Of a stretch of DNA of 64,000 nucleotides, positions 62,001 to 64,000 are shown in pieces (position 1 is the stretch's first letter; every line of letters begins with the position of its first letter). The stretch comes from the human T2T-CHM13v2.0 reference genome, Homo sapiens. Location: assembly GCF_009914755.1 (NCBI RefSeq), contig NC_060942.1. One strand, 5' to 3'. The position numbers were made by a program, and so were the translations under genes. A model generated the notes under the pieces. It was not told the DNA's origin, made no database searches, and was given only the letters and a program-made list of their open reading frames with translations.

Positions 62001-64000
62001 GAAACTAGTTTCTGATGTGTGTCCTCAACTAACACAGTTGTACATTTCTTTAGACAGAACAGTTTTGAAACACTCTTTTTGTGGAATCTGCAAGTTGATA
62101 TTGGGCTAGATTTGAGGATTTCGTTGGAAACGGGATTACATATAAAAAGCAGTCAGCAGCATTCTCAGAAAGTTCTTTGTGATGATTGCATTCAAGTCAC
62201 AGAATTGAACATTCCCTTTCACAGAGCAGGTTTGAAACACTCTTTTTGTAGTGTGTGTAAGTGGACATTTGGAGCGCTTTCCGGCCTAAGGTGAAAAAGG
62301 ACATATCTTCCCATAAAAACTAGACAGAAGCATTCTCAGAAACTTACTCGTGATGTGTGTCCTCAACTAAAGGAGTAGAACCTTTCTATTCATAGAGAAG
62401 TTTTGAAACGCTCTTTTTGTGGAATCTCCAAGTGGATATTTGGCTAGTTTTGAGGATTTCGTTGGAAGCGGGAATTCATACAAATTGCAGACTGCAGCGT
62501 TCTGAGAAACATCTTTGTGATGTTTGTATTCAAGACACAGAGGTGAACATTCCCTATCATAGAGCATGTTGGAGTCACTCCTTTTGTAGTATCTGGAAGT
62601 GGACATTTGGAGCGCTTTCAGGCCTATGTTGAAAAAGGAAATATCTTCCCATAACAACTAGACACAAGCATTCTCAGAAACTTGTTTGTGATGTGTGCCC
62701 TCTACTGACAGAGTTGAACCTTTCTTTACATAGAGCAGTTTTGAAACACTCTTTTTGTAGAATCCGCAAGAGGATATTTGCATAGCTTTGAGGATTTCGT
62801 GGGAAACGGGATTGTCTTCAGGTAAAATCTAGACAGAAGCATTCTCAGAAACTTCTTTGGGATGTTTGCATTCAAGTCACAGAGTAGAACATTCCCTTTG
62901 GTAGAGCAGGTTTGAAACACTCTTTTTGTAGTATCTGGAAGTGGACATTTGGAGCGCTTTCAGGCCCATGTTGGAAAGGGAAATATCTTCCCGTAACAAC
63001 TAGGCAGAAGCATTCTCAGAAACTTATTTGAGATGTGTGTACTCAACTAAGAGAATTGAACCACCGTTTTGAAGGAGCAGTTTTGAAAGCCTCTTTTTCT
63101 GGAATCTGCAAGAGTATATTTGCCTAGCCTTGAGGATTTCGTTGGAAACGGGATTGTCTTCAGATAAAATCTAGACAGAAGCATTCTCAGAAACTTCTTT
63201 GGGATGTTTGCATTCAAGTCACAGAGTAGAACATTCCCTTTGGTAGAGCAGGTTTGAAACACTCTTTTTTTAGTATATGGAAGTGGACATTTGGAGCGCT
63301 TTCAGGCCTACGTTGGAAAAGGAAATATCTTCCCATAACAACTAGACAGAAGCATTCTCAGAAACTAGTTTCTGATGTGTGTCCTCAACTAACACAGTTG
63401 TACATTTCTTTAGACAGAACAGTTTTGAAACACTCTTTTTGTGGAATCTGCAAGTGGATATTGGGCTAGATTTGAGGATTTCGTTGGAAACGGGATTACA
63501 TATAAAAAGCAGTCAGCAGCATTCTCAGAAAGTTCTTTGTGATGATTGCATTCAAGTCACAGAATTGAACATTCCCTTTCACAGAGCAGGTTTGAAACAC
63601 TCTTTTTGTAGTGTGTGTAAGTGGACATTTGGAGCGCTTTCCGGCCTAAGGTGAAAAAGGAAATATCTTCCCATAAAAACTAGACAGAAGCTTTCTCAGA
63701 AACTTACTCGTGATGTGTGTCCTCAACTAAAGGAGTAGAACCTTTCTATTCATAGAGAAGTTTTGAAACGCTCTTTTTGTGGAATCTCCAAGTGGATATT
63801 TGGCTAGTGTTGAGGATTTCGTTGGAAGCGGGAATTCATACAAATTGCAGACTGCAGCGTTCTGAGAAACATCTTTGTGATGTTTGTATTCAGGACACAG
63901 AGATGAACATTCCCTATCATAGAGCAGGTTGGAATCACTCCTTTTGTAGTATCTGGAAGTGGACATTTGGAGCGCTTTCAGGCCTATGTTGAAAAAGGAA

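Larger units (their letters stand above)
1..64000 (+). repeat. Centromeric alpha-satellite HOR array (dimeric, CENP-B box site in alternate monomers)
   Basis: Continuous 167-171 bp monomers starting CATTCTCAGAAAC or CGTTCTGAGAAAC; TTTCGTTGGAAACGGGA-type boxes every ~340 bp; the ORF track repeats at 1360-bp spacing (59, 1419, 2779 ... 63254); no non-satellite sequence seen. Confidence 0.99.
1..64000 (+). other. Probable human chromosome 18 active centromere array D18Z1 (S2C18H1L, SF2)
   Basis: 1.36-kb 8-mer with a single EcoRI site (GGGAATTCATAC in dimer B) plus a rarer 12-mer matches my recollection of D18Z1. Chromosome 20 D20Z2 also has a 1.36-kb repeat, so the assignment needs an alignment. 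Confidence 0.7.

Noticed and set aside
59-63992. Roughly 270 short ORFs (61-123 aa) on both strands
   Set aside because: They recur with the HOR period, overlap in several frames and strands, mostly start at non-ATG codons, are freely broken by SNPs and indels, and resemble no protein family I recognise. They are chance translations of satellite DNA.
1-64000. CRISPR-like repeat-spacer array (recurring CAGAAGCATTCTCAGAAAC)
   Set aside because: The intervening sequences are homologous monomers rather than unique spacers, the period is ~171 bp, and there are no cas genes.
1-64000. L1/Alu insertion, inversion or unique-sequence island
   Set aside because: All landmark spacings are 1358-1360, 1693, 2035 or 1018 bp and sum to the full span, leaving no room for an insert, and the orientation never changes.
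1-64000. Assignment to chromosome 20 D20Z2 or to the chromosome 18 10-mer array D18Z2
   Set aside because: Not excluded but less favoured. The EcoRI-defined 8-mer with a 12-mer relative fits D18Z1 better, and the 10-mers here share near-identical monomers with the 8-mer, so they are variants of the same HOR. A BLAST against T2T-CHM13 would decide.

Overview
The whole 64 kb window is an uninterrupted, single-orientation primate (most likely human) centromeric alpha-satellite higher-order repeat (HOR) array. It has 167/171-bp monomers arranged as dimers, with a CENP-B box site in every second monomer. I see no genes, RNA genes, transposons, inversions or unique sequence, and the ORFs are artefacts of the repeat. 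The dominant unit is an 8-monomer, 1360-bp HOR built from four dimers that I label A (338 bp), B (338), C (342) and D (342), with normally one EcoRI site per unit. That best fits the chromosome 18 active array (D18Z1 / S2C18H1L, suprachromosomal family 2), but this assignment is from recall, not a search. Spacing of the recurring ORF landmark gives 46 complete units: 39 8-mers, three 10-mers (~1693 bp), one 12-mer (2035 bp) and three 6-mers (1018 bp). The informative structure is above the HOR level. Variants are spatially zoned, several multi-HOR block duplications are marked by shared private SNPs, some HORs are recombinant with mappable breakpoints, and a 105-bp internal identity explains the recurrent 342-bp size changes. 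CENP-B box loss is unevenly distributed. I found no evidence for a new gene-based biological system.
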